Positions 11,195 through 23,830 are shown, numbered from the stretch's first letter. The stretch is DNA of 64,000 bases from Azolla caroliniana (GCA_043228905.1 JBHGNT010000003.1:2108001-2172000), one strand, 5' to 3'. The notes: a model not told the origin generated them from the letters alone. Numbers and translations: made by a program.

Positions 11195-13306
11195 ATGGTT
11201 TGCTTAATGAAGAAGTTATGCTCTGTTCCTACCGATACTCTGTTCTTGCACCATTTCTTCTTTTCCTTTTTCTTCTTCTTTGGAGTCAGGGTTTCATCTC
11301 AAGGCTTTGTCTCCTTCTCTTACCCAAATGACCAAACAGCAAATTTCTTTCTTTTAGGTGATGCAGTGGAGAGCCATGGCTTCATACAGCTCACAAGTTT
11401 AAACACAAATCTAGACCAAACTTTAGGAAATGCTGGTATCAGTAGTGCAGGAAGATTCCTATGCAGGACTCCCATTCGGATGCTCGAACCCGAGACCTTA
11501 CGGGTCTCATCTTTCTCAACTTCATTCACATTCAAGATCAACACTCTCAACAGCTCATATCAAGGTGGAGATGGCTTAGCCTTTGTCATTTCTCCTGATA
11601 ATTCTACTGTTGGCGGCCATGGAGAATACCTCGGCGCGTTTCTACCCGGCAATGTGACCTCTCAGTCTCACACATTTGCGGTTGAATTCGACACATTTCA
11701 GAATGAGGATGTGGGGGACCCCAATGATAACCATGTTGGGATCGATCTCACTAACATTACTTCTCTTTTCTACAACAATGCAAGTAATGTGGGAATTCAA
11801 CTTAATAATGGCTCTATTATCACTTCTTGGATCAGGTATGATGGGATTAGAAACAACCTACAGGTTCGGATTAGCACCGATTCGATGGAACCTGAGGATC
11901 CCCTCATCGATGCAAATCTTAGCTTGTCAAACACATTCAATGAGTATATGTATGTCGGTTTCTCGGGCTCAACTGGTTTGAGTAACGAGCTTCATACCCT
12001 CATGTCTTGGGCATTTTCTAGTTGGGGCGTCCAACAAGAATCAAGCAGAGAGAATGCCCCTAGAGTTAAACATGGATCCAATGCTGTTATAATACCCATT
12101 TGTTTTGCACTACTGTTTCTTGTTCTAGCCTTCGGTTTAGTCTCTTGGCGAATGACTACCGCTCGAAGAAGAAGAATGTACTCGGTAAATTACTTTCGGC
12201 GAGCCAAAGATGATTTCGGTAAGCCATCCTCTTCTATGTGTGCTTATCCAAGAGCTTTTACCTATAAGGAGCTCTATGGAGCTACCAAAGGGTTTAGTGA
12301 GAAACAAAGGCTCTCTAGCGAGAATGGTATCGGTAGGTTCTTCAAAGGCGTGCTTGTGGATTCAGGGATTGTTGTAGCTTTGAAGAGGATTGCTAAGGAC
12401 CCTCGAGAGGGGGTGCAAGAGTTCTTACAAGAAGTGAGCTTGCTCATTAGTCTTCCACACCGAAACCTAGTACCTATACAAGGTTGGTGTTTAGACAAGG
12501 GGGAACTCATACTTGTCTATGAGTTTATGCCCAATGAGAGCTTGGAGAAGTATCTCTTCGATGACCAATTTGAAACCCTTGGGTGGTCACAAAGGTACAA
12601 CATTGTGGTTGGGATAGCCGAAGGTTTGGCACACTTGCATGAAGGCGGTGCACATCAAGTGGACGCTAGAAAGCCTATTTACAGTGTAAAAGAAGGAATT
12701 GATCCATGCAACCATGTCCTACACCGAGATGTTAAGGCGAGTAATGTAATGCTTGATAACAACTTCAATGCGAGGCTCGGGGACTATGGCCTTGGGCGAC
12801 TCGTGTGTCGAAACAAGAAGGAAAGTGGCATGGTCTTAGAAGGCACATTTGGCTACATAGCGCCGGAGGTGGTAGAAACCGGCAAGATGACTACCAAAGC
12901 TGATGTGTTTAGCTTTGGCATTGTGGTATTGGAAGTGGCATGTGGGCGACGAGCCATCGAAGGCGACGAGGTGTTGGTTGATCATGTGTGGGCACTACAT
13001 ACGAATGGCCATGTGCTTGGTGCATCCGACAAAAGGTTGAAAGGTTGTTTTGATGTGGGAGAGATGGAATGCCTTTTGTATTTAGGCCTCCTTTGCACAT
13101 TAGCTGACCCTAGCTTGAGGCCGTCCATGTCACATGTTAGAAGCATTTTGCGTGCCGAAAGCCCCCTTCCCCAACTGCCCCCTTGTCCGAAACAACCATT
13201 TAGACAAGTCTCTTCCTTGAACGACAAAAGCACTCGCAACTACAATGACAGAGATGAAATACAGGGCTCATTACAAATCTCCATTGATGAACTTCTTTCT
13301 TCTTGA
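11195..13306 (+). CDS. L-type (legume) lectin receptor-like kinase, intronless, 703 aa
   Basis: Hydrophobic N-terminus; lectin motifs SFSTSFTF, GGDGLAF, AVEFDT, NHVGID, YVGFSGSTG; TM segment VIIPICFALLFLVLAFGLV; kinase motifs PRAFTYKEL, VALK, HRDVKASN, DYG, GTFGYIAPE, DVFSFG. Confidence 0.95.
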   Translation: MVCLMKKLCSVPTDTLFLHHFFFSFFFFFGVRVSSQGFVSFSYPNDQTANFFLLGDAVESHGFIQLTSLNTNLDQTLGNAGISSAGRFLCRTPIRMLEPETLRVSSFSTSFTFKINTLNSSYQGGDGLAFVISPDNSTVGGHGEYLGAFLPGNVTSQSHTFAVEFDTFQNEDVGDPNDNHVGIDLTNITSLFYNNASNVGIQLNNGSIITSWIRYDGIRNNLQVRISTDSMEPEDPLIDANLSLSNTFNEYMYVGFSGSTGLSNELHTLMSWAFSSWGVQQESSRENAPRVKHGSNAVIIPICFALLFLVLAFGLVSWRMTTARRRRMYSVNYFRRAKDDFGKPSSSMCAYPRAFTYKELYGATKGFSEKQRLSSENGIGRFFKGVLVDSGIVVALKRIAKDPREGVQEFLQEVSLLISLPHRNLVPIQGWCLDKGELILVYEFMPNESLEKYLFDDQFETLGWSQRYNIVVGIAEGLAHLHEGGAHQVDARKPIYSVKEGIDPCNHVLHRDVKASNVMLDNNFNARLGDYGLGRLVCRNKKESGMVLEGTFGYIAPEVVETGKMTTKADVFSFGIVVLEVACGRRAIEGDEVLVDHVWALHTNGHVLGASDKRLKGCFDVGEMECLLYLGLLCTLADPSLRPSMSHVRSILRAESPLPQLPPCPKQPFRQVSSLNDKSTRNYNDRDEIQGSLQISIDELLSS

Positions 13307-15544
13307 ACATTTTCTTATAAAGAGATGGTTGGACCCAAAGTTGATCTCGTTATTGATGAGAGCTTCTTTCGTCTTCAAGTTGTCTTAAGAGATGGCCCAC
13401 ATTCATCCATGACCCCCAAGTGTCATGTGTTTTTGGTTTATTATGGGGGTCTTTTAAAGTAATAGTTTTTTCTGTTGCAAAGTGCCCTTAGCAATCAACA
13501 TATGTACACAATTCACAAGATGAAATGTAAGTTTTGATTTTCAACCTTTCATTTTTTATCCTAAATTATGATGATTTAGCTATGTTCCTAGTTCGGAAAA
13601 ATGGTTTATTAGTATTATAAACTATTTCCATTGACACTTTCTTTGAAGGGTATTATTTAATTCCTTTGGTATCCGACATATTGTTTTTTGGAAGGTTTAC
13701 TGGATGGTGTATGGAAAGAAATATAATGAGTTTTTATAATCTCAAAGTAAGCATTAACAAGTTACAAGAGGAATATCAAGATCATTGAGGTTTGTGTTGA
13801 TGTTCGAGTGGATATTGATATCATAGAGGTTTTGAGTTGAATTCACAAGATGACTAAGTTATTGTTATGATTCATGTACTTGTGTGCTCACATTTAATAT
13901 TTGCTTCATTTCAAGGAGAAGTTCCCTAGCAAATGAATAGTCCAAGTTAACAAAGGACATAATTTGACCGAAGGATGCGATTATAAAAATGTGCTAAATC
14001 AAATAGCTCATGAACTAAAGTAGCTTTGTGATTTATGATTTGGCGCGGAGAACTTTGTAATAGTCCTAAAAGAATCATGTTGCTTGTTTCACTAGGCTCA
14101 AGTCTTAGACTGACAACCAAGATGTTTTCCTCACATCCTTCGATTGGCACTCAAAAACATTATCATCATTTTATGAAACAACCAAGCCCAATTATTTTAA
14201 CCAAATGTTGTGTGTTGTCTATTACTTGAATAGTGTTGCAATTTACAATAAATTTGCCTACTTGTTAAGCATGCACATTTGTTAAAAGCAAAGGTTTTTG
14301 TCCCACCATAAAACCTTCTTGAACTCTTAGACCAAGGACCCTTTGAAAGTGATTCAAAGAGTTAAGTTGCCTTAATGCCTTCGGCGTAAATGCTCTGACA
14401 ACATGTATGAATACAAATATCTTAAGAAGATTTCCATATACAAAAAAACTTGTGTCATAAGCATGTGTGTGCAAATTTACTTAAGCTGTTTAGATTTAAG
14501 GTAGTGGAGATATATCTCATATGAGATTTCTTGAGAAATGTTGCATGACTTCACGATTTGAGACTATATTTAGAAAATGTGAAAATTAGGGTTGATGGAT
14601 TGGTGATAGATCCATCCTCCCATTAGATAGACTTAGGAACTATGCATTGAAAACTTAACATGATAAAAACTGAAATTAGTTCAAGATAAAGACAAACCTT
14701 TTGAGAATATATATAGCACTAAAATTCTACATGTTGATGAACTAAAAAATTGAGTGGGTTGGGTGCCTAATTTTGAAGAAAAATGTTTTGAAACATCTAC
14801 TTTGAAATGTCCTTCATAATGTATCAAACTTCTAATATTATCTTGAAGACTATGGATATAAACTCATCCTACATGATACATCATCTATATTATAAAGAAA
14901 AACTCTAGATACGATCTCACATTGCATGAGATATAGTAGTTTTTCAAGACATTAAAACCCTCTCATAGTTTGTGTTAGGTGCTATAATGGTTTGCCACAA
15001 ACGTTCCAACTACCCCATTCATCCTTGAAATATGTGGATTATTAAAATATCGATATGCAATGTCCATGTCCTTATAACGAGAAGACAAAACCGTTGAGGT
15101 TAGAGAAACTTAAGAACATTAGTGTTACGAAAGTAAATTTAATGTAAACTTAGAATTTCAATTCACGGACTTGCGAAATTACACTATTTTTTAGAAATAA
15201 TGCACAGGGATGGCGTTGATTCGAGCATCGTTCTCTCTCACTCTTAGTATATAAAGAAATCTGATCTCCGAGGACAATAATAAAATGTATATAGGTAGGT
15301 GTACGCACGCATGCACACACGAGCTGATGAACTATTATTGCATCAAGAATATATGTAATGGTTTCATTCTTCTCTTTCTTTATTTCAAGGATATAGACCA
15401 TGGAAAAACACCAACACATCGCTACCTTTTTCATATTTACTAGTATAATATTTCTAGAATAGAATACATACAATTTCTATGCTTCCCTCATACTACCACA
15501 AAGAATTCTTTTGAAAGACAAATTAATTTTCTAGAATAGAATGC

Positions 15545-15785
15545 ATGCAATTTCTTTGCATGTGCAGAGCATACCTTGCAATTACTATAGATTGTTTGCA
15601 TGTGGCTTACCCTCATGTTTCACTTTCGCACGAGGGGGAATCCCATAAAAGACTTCCGTGTATTCATGCAATTTCTTTGCCTGTGCTGAGCATACCTTGC
15701 AATACATTAGACTTTTTGCTTGTGTCTTACCCTCATGTTTCACTTTGGCACGAGGGGGAATACCATAAAAGACTTCCATGTGTAA
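15545..15785. repeat. Two tandem ~120-bp copies
   Basis: CATGCAATTTCTTTGC...GCACGAGGGGGAAT.CCATAAAAGACTTCC at ~15544 and ~15665. Confidence 0.85.
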
Positions 15786-17149
15786 TTTAGTACCCATTGT
15801 ATGTTAAATTTTCGACACCTTCCTTAAAAAACATACATCTATTTCCATCATTTTTGAAACACATATTGATCAAATTAAAAAAATCAAATAAAATATTTGC
15901 TTTCATGGAAAATTTCCATGATCAATCTATACAACACTTTTCGGCGTTTATTGCAAAAAACCAAATTTTGCCCAATTTATTTCATTCCCTTCACACACAC
16001 TTATGACAAACCAAAAACACACTAAAATTTTCTTTATGATGGATGAACAACATGAAAATGTTTTGCACTTGCAAGGCATGTATAGGGTATGTACTCTCAT
16101 TAGCAATCATCAAGTAGATTTTACTTGCTCCACATAGTTATGCCAAGTTAAAGGTTCCATTTTGTAGAATCAAGGATGGTTTGGGGAAAAGCACCATTAT
16201 GGAAGGGAACAAAATGCGCGCCATTTAAAAAGCTAAAAAAATGTTTCCCATGTAAAAAGCGGGTCTAGGATTTTAAAATTGTACAAAGCTATGAAATTTT
16301 GGTGCCATAATGTTTCAAAGTCCATGAGAACTTGTTGCATGGCTTGACAATCCTAGCTGAATTTTCAAAACCCTAGCTTACATCCAACCTTGCCTTTTTT
16401 AAAGAAAGGGAGAAAGTACTTTATTAATGGTTGCATTTTAAAGTGGCGTCAGTCACCCTTGAATATATATATATATTGCTAAAGATGAGGTACATATTCA
16501 AGGTTTTATTTATTTACTCTTCAAACCCCTTTCATATTGATGTTCCTTTTTTCCTAGTAGTTTTGTTCCTAATTTATTTCTTTTCTTTTGGTCATTGGCT
16601 AACACAATGGGGAGAGGGAGAATGACAAAGGTGAAGACTATAACCTTTCTTGTCTTTAATGTTATTACAAACAAATATTATTGATGGTGAAATAAGTAGA
16701 TTCAAATACCATTCACGTATTGGCTTAGAATTTGAACCCCTCTTAATCCATAGATATATTTAAATCGTTCCAATTTGTGTATCCTTTTTCCCTTATTTCT
16801 CCTAGGTATGAAAATACGTTTGTGCCAGCCCTCGATTGATGTATAAGATCGTACTTCCCTAATACTAATAGTAAAACTTCTGATTGCACAAAAAATGACT
16901 TATATGATATTCAAATCAACCTTCCCTTTACCGATGAGCCTCTTGACAATACATATATTAATAATTGTTAGTAGGATGATATTAATCTTAGAACGCCCCG
17001 TGAATTTTGCAAGCAAACATCTTGTAATCTTCCCAATGAAGTTGTAGGTTCCACACTTTTTGTCAAGTTTCATAATATCCATCAATGATACCAATACCAC
17101 AATGAGGTGGGCACTGGGTACCACACCATCATCTCATACAAGACTTAAT

Positions 17150-17310
17150 CAGAACATATTTGACTTGGTAAACTAACATATAGGTTTTTATACACCCAAA
17201 CACAAGCTTGATTAACATGATTGTTGGCTCCACATACAAACCTCACCACATCATTCATTTGACATGATAGACTAACATGATTGCTAGCTAGATAAACAAA
17301 CTTCAAAGAT
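17150..17310. repeat. Degenerate ~60-bp tandem repeat, same family as 56401-56620
   Basis: ACTAACATGATTG.TGGCTCCACA...CATTTGAC units. Confidence 0.6.
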
Positions 17311-17371
17311 TATATGTTTGCATTATTATCCTTGGCAATATGCACATTATAGGCTATAGCTCATTGTCACA

Positions 17372-18187
17372 ACTTTTTTTTTTCCTTGAAAGATTTTCTT
17401 CAATAGTATTAAAAACATCTAAAGACTACAAGTTGAAGTTATTTGCCCAGAGGCATACAATGTAGAATAAAAGACATTGTATGTACACCAAAACTTGTGC
17501 ATACAAAAACAACTTATAAAGGGGTGTTGAACCTTGATACGGTACATTACCATGATGTATTGATATTGAAGAAAGGGTCCATGGAAATTGATAGTTCCAT
17601 TGAGGCCCTTGATTTGACACTACAAAGAGGGGCAACGTCCTCCATAAGTGAAGAAGCTTCGTCTTTCTCTTATGAACATTTTTTGGAGAACCATACATAT
17701 TATCATACTGCCCATGAACTACTGTCAGCAGTGTTTCCCATATCTCAAGCAATACATATGAAGGACCAAGATTTGTTGCATCATAAAGTTGACTACATCT
17801 ACATTTCCATAATACCCATAACTTTACCGTAGTCACAAATTTCCAGACCTGGACAGATGGCACCTGCTTTCGAGGTTGTTGAAAAGGACTAACCGATATC
17901 AATCTTCAATTGTTACTATCATGGCCTCTTGAATATCATCTGCCTCATACAACATCAAGCTGGAATGTAAAACTCCCCACAATACTGCTCCCCATGAGAA
18001 CAAGCAACCAACATTGATCGTTAGGAATAAAGAAAGAACTTTATTCCATACTTGCTGAGCCAAGGGACAAGACTAGAGGGCGTGCTTCGTAGTCTCTTGA
18101 GTTGCATAGCAAAAACCACATTGCCTGAGATTAGGTGCTACATTCCCTTTAAATGACTGGGCAATTGGTAATGCTGCCTCATTTTTG
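17372..18187 (-). mobile_element. 3' fragment of an L1 LINE (zf-RVT) inserted upstream of DUF247 copy 1
   Basis: Poly-T at 17374; minus strand reads CGFCYATQETTKHAL and LWVLWKCRC; flanked by CAACTT on both sides. Removing it restores the paralogous sequence at ~56660-56700. Confidence 0.8.
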
Positions 18188-18215
18188 CAACTTGGATATG
18201 CACATATGTTGTTTT

Positions 18216-18885
18216 TGTTAGGAAACATGTCCCTCCAGATGGGAAGTGAGAAGAATAGTACTGATGAGCAAACTCGGCCGAGGCCGAAACCGGATGTGGA
18301 AGACCCGGCTACGGAAGACCCGGTGAGAACCGGATGACAAGTACTCGGCAACGGAAGACCCGGTGAGAACCGGATGAGGAGTACCCGGCAAGAGCCGGAT
18401 GAGGAAGGTCCGGTGAGAAGTGCTCACCGCATGAAGGGACTTATTTGTAAATATGTTTCTAAGAGTCCATCGGGGCTATATTTGTAAATAGCCGAAACGT
18501 CATATTAGTATAAATATGACTTAGGGCAAACAGAGAAAAGTAGTTGTTGTCATTCTTGTTGGCACAAGATTAGAGCGCGCAACTGTGTACAGTGAGAGTG
18601 AGAGAGAGGAAGAGGTCGTTGCCTCTGTTGTAACCGCCGCCTGTGGCGAAGATAGAAAGCTCGAGGTCGTTGTTTTGGTGCTTCACCATTTGTACATTCT
18701 GACATAGTGATAGTTTGCAGTCTGTGGGCTGCCGTGGTTTTTTCCTTGGTTTGGGTTTTTTCCACGTTAACATCCTGTGTTCTCTTCTCTCCATTGTGTT
18801 GTGCATTCATTCCCCGTTTTCTGTGTTTTGATTCTAAGCTCGGTTGTGGCTGAGCGTTGTTCATCGGGAGCGTGTGTTCCTGTCA
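18216..18885 (+). mobile_element. Solo LTR, 670 bp, with 5-bp TSD GTTTT
   Basis: TGTTAGGAA...TTCCTGTCA; GTTTT at 18211-18215 and 18886-18890; TATAAATA near 18509; internal GAAGACCCGGTGAGAACCGGATGA repeats. Confidence 0.9.
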
Positions 18886-19574
18886 GTTTTAAATGAATTC
18901 CTTTAAGTGTAATACTTGGATTCCAATGACTTGTTCTTGACACCCCCAAATGTTTTTGGTTTCTTGTTTATCAAACATCCTTAGTCAACCACCCTCCTTT
19001 TTCTTTTTCTCCTCTTCTTATTCTAGACTCTATACTTCAAAATGCTCAACATTGGTATCTCCCTACCTACTTGATTATATCTTTATATATAATTGGGTAT
19101 CTAGATAGGTTGATTTATTATTGTGCTCCCTACCTACTTGATTATATCTTTATATATGATTGGGTAGCTAGATAGGTAGATTTATTATTGTGCTCGCAAA
19201 TGTGACCTACGTGTTTGTGGGTGAGAATTGTCCAAAACTATTTGGCCAAATGATAAAAAACTATGGTCATTTCAAGAAATACTAAAAAGGCGTTGGGGTA
19301 CTTCAAGGTGTTTGTCTCTTTTTAGTCACACACCACACATGGGGCACACCACACCCCACACCTCACATGCAAACGAAGAACAAATTTGAAGACTTGTTCG
19401 AACTCTGAACAGCCCTAACAAAGACCCATGGTTTAAACGTTCATGAATGCTCTGACATATCTAAGAATTATCTACTACTAGCTAAAGAAAACTCCATTCA
19501 CAAACAATATAGTGCGAAGAAAGTAGTGAGTTTGAGTAACAAGAACAAAAGAAGAAGAAGAAGAAAAGAAGACG

Positions 19575-20935
19575 ATGATGAATCATAAGGATTCCAATGA
19601 TAAACAAATGGCACAACATCTACATCCATATTATCCCATCCCTACAATCCACAACTTTCCCATTGAGCAATTTCATCAAACCAACCTCAACCCAGAGAAA
19701 TGGAAGAGCTACATGAAGGAAGAGATCAGGAATGCTCAACACAAATCTACTGTTCCAAAAAAGTAAAGTGATCGGGTTTGTCCCGCATGCACTATTCGAG
19801 GTGAAGCCACAATCATATTGCCCACGGATTCTGACCATCGGTCCATTGTATCAAAGCCTGGTGCCTTGCTGCTGATAGGCAACCAGATTCCCATGTCATT
19901 TCTAAAGAGAATTATAAACATCCCAAAGGAGTTAGCCGACTTCGAAGACTCGAATGATCTCCTGAAATGTTTGGATTATTTTGTTTCGGATAATAATCCA
20001 TTCAACATCAGCCGGTTGCATGAATGCGAGAATAATTATAAAACAGATACGAGGTCAAGTGATGTAAAGCTTCTTGAATGTGGGCATCTACTTGATTGCC
20101 TATATGTTTCGTGCATTGCAAAAAAATCACCTGAACATTCTATGGAGGTGCAAAAATTTTACGAATCGAAGAGAATGCATGCAAACCTCGAGTGTTTCGT
20201 GCACACAGGAATCATCTGAACAATCTACAGAGCCGCAGAAATCTACGAATCAAAATAGGTGGTTGTGAATCCCCGACATTCTGTTGGGCTGCAAAAAGAA
20301 CAGGAAGTTAAAAAGTTCGGACAAATTCGCTGATTGCCAGGTGACCACGACAACTAAATGCATCTGTTTCAACCCGGGGTGGAAAAAGTGCAACAATTAC
20401 CGTGACCGCCTCCCGCCAGCATCTGAGCTCTGTAAAGCCGGCATCCAGTTCAAGGTTTGTGAAGGTAACACATTGGTGATGAAGTTGGCTCAATCTTCCA
20501 CAGCTTGTCGTGTATGACGGCACAGAGGATGTGTTGAGGAACCTCATTGCACATGAACAAATCTCCAAAGAAGAAGTTGACTTCACTATGTATGCCATAA
20601 TCATGGATTCACTCATTGACACGCAACAAGATTATGATCTCGCAATCTTGATCGGTACCAAAGTATTAGAGAACCACCTCGGGAGCAATGAGAGGTTAGT
20701 CCAGATGTGGAATGACATGTGCATCAACATCTCAGAGGAAGCATATGAGAAAATTTGGTCGAGCATCATCAAAGATGTAATGGAACACTATAGGATCCAA
20801 TGGCGTTTCTTGTATGTGGAGTTTCGTGCAAAGTTTTGTTCTCGGCCATGGTTATGGATGTCAGCCTTCACTGCCATGTTGCTTCTCCTCTTTTCATTGT
20901 TGCAGACAATCTATACAGTCTTAGGGTTTTATTAA
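19575..20935 (+). pseudogene. DUF247 copy 1 (frameshift, internal deletion, stops)
   Basis: Fragments MAQHLHPYYP, LLLIGNQIP, HLLD, ASEL.KAGI, LRNLIAHEQ, MDSLID and the PWLWM TM tail, in several frames. Confidence 0.9.
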
Positions 20936-21145
20936 AATATCCCAATCCGGATCCCCAGATCCATTAGAAAAGCTCATTGGTTATGAGAACTAAATCCATT
21001 GGATTAAAGGTGGATAAGCTAATTGTAGAGTATCGAGTGGTATTATCCTCTAAGGAAATCTATGTTTGTCTTGTAGCATATGTCATTTTCATTATGAAGA
21101 ATGCTAATGTAACATTAGAACAATAATACACATTACACATTTTTG

Positions 21146-21193
<48 letters not shown>

Positions 21194-21898
21194 TAATTCT
21201 CACATAGATAAACTTCAAAGACCACATTCCTGCATTTTTTATCCTTGGCATTATGCACATTATAGGTCATTACTGCACTTGCATGTGCAGGTATGTTGTC
21301 ATCAATCGACTGCTAAGTGTGATAATTAGATTTTCTTTTCTTTCTTTTCTTTCTTTGCTATCAAATATGCTTAGTCAATCACCCCTCCTTTTTCTCTTTA
21401 TCCTCTTCCTATTATTATATACGCTACTTGAAAGATGCTCAACTTTGGTCCCCTAGGTTACATGTCACATCTTGAGTACCTCCCTACCTACTTGACTATA
21501 TATTTATCCGTAGATTTTATTATTGTGCTTGCAAATATGACATACGTGTGAGTGCAAGAGAATTGTCCAAGGTAATTTAGCGAAATCATAAAAAATCATG
21601 ATCATTTCACAAAATGCCCAAGATAAGTTAAGATACTTCAAGGCATTTGTCTCTTTTTAGTCATACACAAACATGAGGTACTCTACATTTCACATGCAAA
21701 CGAAGAACAAATTTGAAGACTTCTTCAAACTCTTTAACCCCCAATGAAGTCCAACAAATTGTTTATGAATGATCCAACATACCTAAGAACTATCTACTCC
21801 CTAAAGCAAACTCCAGTGAAGCAAGTATCAAGTTTATGTAACAACTACAACAAAAGAAGAAGAAGAAGAAGAAGAAGAATGCCTTCCATGGGAAACAA

Positions 21899-23485
21899 AT
21901 GGCACAATATTCACATTCATATCATCTCATCCCTACCATCCATAACCTCCCAATCGAGCAACTTCATCAACTCAATCGCGAACCAGAAGAATGGAAAGAA
22001 TACATGGAGAAAGAAATAGATAATGCTGCTCCTAAGCCTGTTGATAGTATGGCTGTCCACATATCTACGTTCCAAAAAGCTAAAGTGATCGGATTTGTCC
22101 CGCGTGCACTGTTCGAGGTGAAGCCTCACTCATATTGCCCGCGGATCCTGACCATCGGTCCACTGTATCAAAACCTCGAGCCTTCCCCTATGGATAGATG
22201 CAAGGCCCTTTGCGTGAACAAATTCATGGATCGACATGGGATATCAAATGTGGGAGAGATCATGGAAAAGCTCATCCCTGAAGACCCCAAAGAACTTAGG
22301 GACATCTATTTGGGCCTCAGCCCGAGTTACAACTTTGGGTCCCTTCAACTTCTGGTCACTGTTGATACCATCTTCATTCACGAATTCTTGCTGTTCTTGA
22401 GCCAGGATTGCCCTCACTCCCAAGAGATGAAGAGTGGGTACTTGTACACCTTCATCAACAATGGAATTACGAAGTCTCAAATATGGAGGGACTTGCTGCT
22501 CATAGGCAACCAGATTCCCATGTCATTTCTAAAGGAAATTATAAACATCCCAAAGGAATCACCCGACTTCACAGAGACTGAACTCCTGAAATGCTTGAAT
22601 TATTTCGTTCCAGTAAACGATCCATTCTTCATCAGCAGGTTTCGAGACGAGAATGATGAAAAAGAACGGAAGTGGAAGCAACAAAATGTGAATTTTCTCA
22701 ACTGTGAGCATCTACTCGATTGCCTATATGTTTCGTGCATACAAAAAGAATCACTTGAACATTCAATGGAGACGCAAAACTCTACGAATCAAAGAGGATG
22801 CCTGCAACACCTGAAAATCCTACCAGGCTGCAAAAATATCTAGAAGCTGGTGCTTGATTGCCTTCCGGCAAAGGCATTTGGACCCTCTAAATTCTGCACC
22901 TGGTTAAACCAGGGATGGCAAAAGAGGAAGAAGCATGGTGACCGCCTCCAGACGGCATCTGAGCTCTCTAAAGCAGGCATTCGGTTTACAGTTTGTGAAG
23001 GTAACATATCGGTGATCATGTATGACAAGAGAAAAAGTCGGCTTTATCTTCCAAGACTTGTGGTGTATGATGGCACAGAGGATGTGTTGAGGAACATTCT
23101 TGCACATGAACAAACTTCCAAAGAAGATGAAAAAGGAGGGATGGTTTGTGGATATGCCATGATCATGGACTCACTCATTGACACACAAGAAGATATCGCC
23201 ATCTTGACTCGGGCCAAAATCTTAGAGAATCACCTGGGGAGCGACGAGAGGTTGGTTCAGATGTGGAATGAGATGTGCATCAACATCTGGGAAGGATCAT
23301 ATCCAAATGAATTTAGAAGCATGATCAAAGACATAATGAAACACTATAGGATCCATTGGCGTGTCTTGTATGTGGAGTTTTGTGCAAAGTTTTGTTCTCG
23401 ACCATGGTTATGGATGTCGGCCATGGCTGCGGTGATACTCCTTATCCTTTCATTAGTGCAGACAATCTTTACAATTTCAGGTTAA
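21899..23485 (+). pseudogene. DUF247 copy 2, full length but with one in-frame TAG (22841-22843)
   Basis: ORFs 21899-22843 and 22850-23485 are in the same frame; the paralog at 57287 has AAG (Lys) here. Confidence 0.9.
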
Positions 23486-23559
23486 AATATCTTGATCCTG
23501 ATCCCTTGTTCCAGTAGAGAAGCTCATTGGATGTTAGAATCAAATCTGTTGGATGTCGG

Positions 23560-23830
23560 CCATGTGCAAAGTTTTGTTCTCAACCATGGTTATGGATGTC
23601 GGCCATGGCTGCGGTGATACTCCTTATCCTTTCATTAGTGCAGACAATCTTTACAATTTCAGGTTAAAATATCTTGATCCTGATCCCTTGTTCCAGTAGA
23701 GAAGCTCATTGGATGTTAGAATCAAATCTGTTGGATTGATGGCATTGCCAGATTTAAATATCCTAATCCTGAACCCTAGTTCCAATAGAGAAGCTCATTG
23801 GATGTTAGAACCAAATCTGTTGGATTGAAG
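23560..23830 (+). repeat. Local tandem duplication of the copy-2 TM-coding 3' end plus ~80-bp 3' UTR repeat units
   Basis: TGTGCAAAGTTTTGTTCTC...AAATCTGTTGGAT repeats 23381-23554; AAATATCCTAATCCTGATCCC units recur after most copies. Confidence 0.85.

Noticed and set aside
13900-14800. Possible Mutator-like transposase relic (CCLFH*AQ-like motif)
   Set aside because: Too many stops and only one suggestive motif; needs a profile search.
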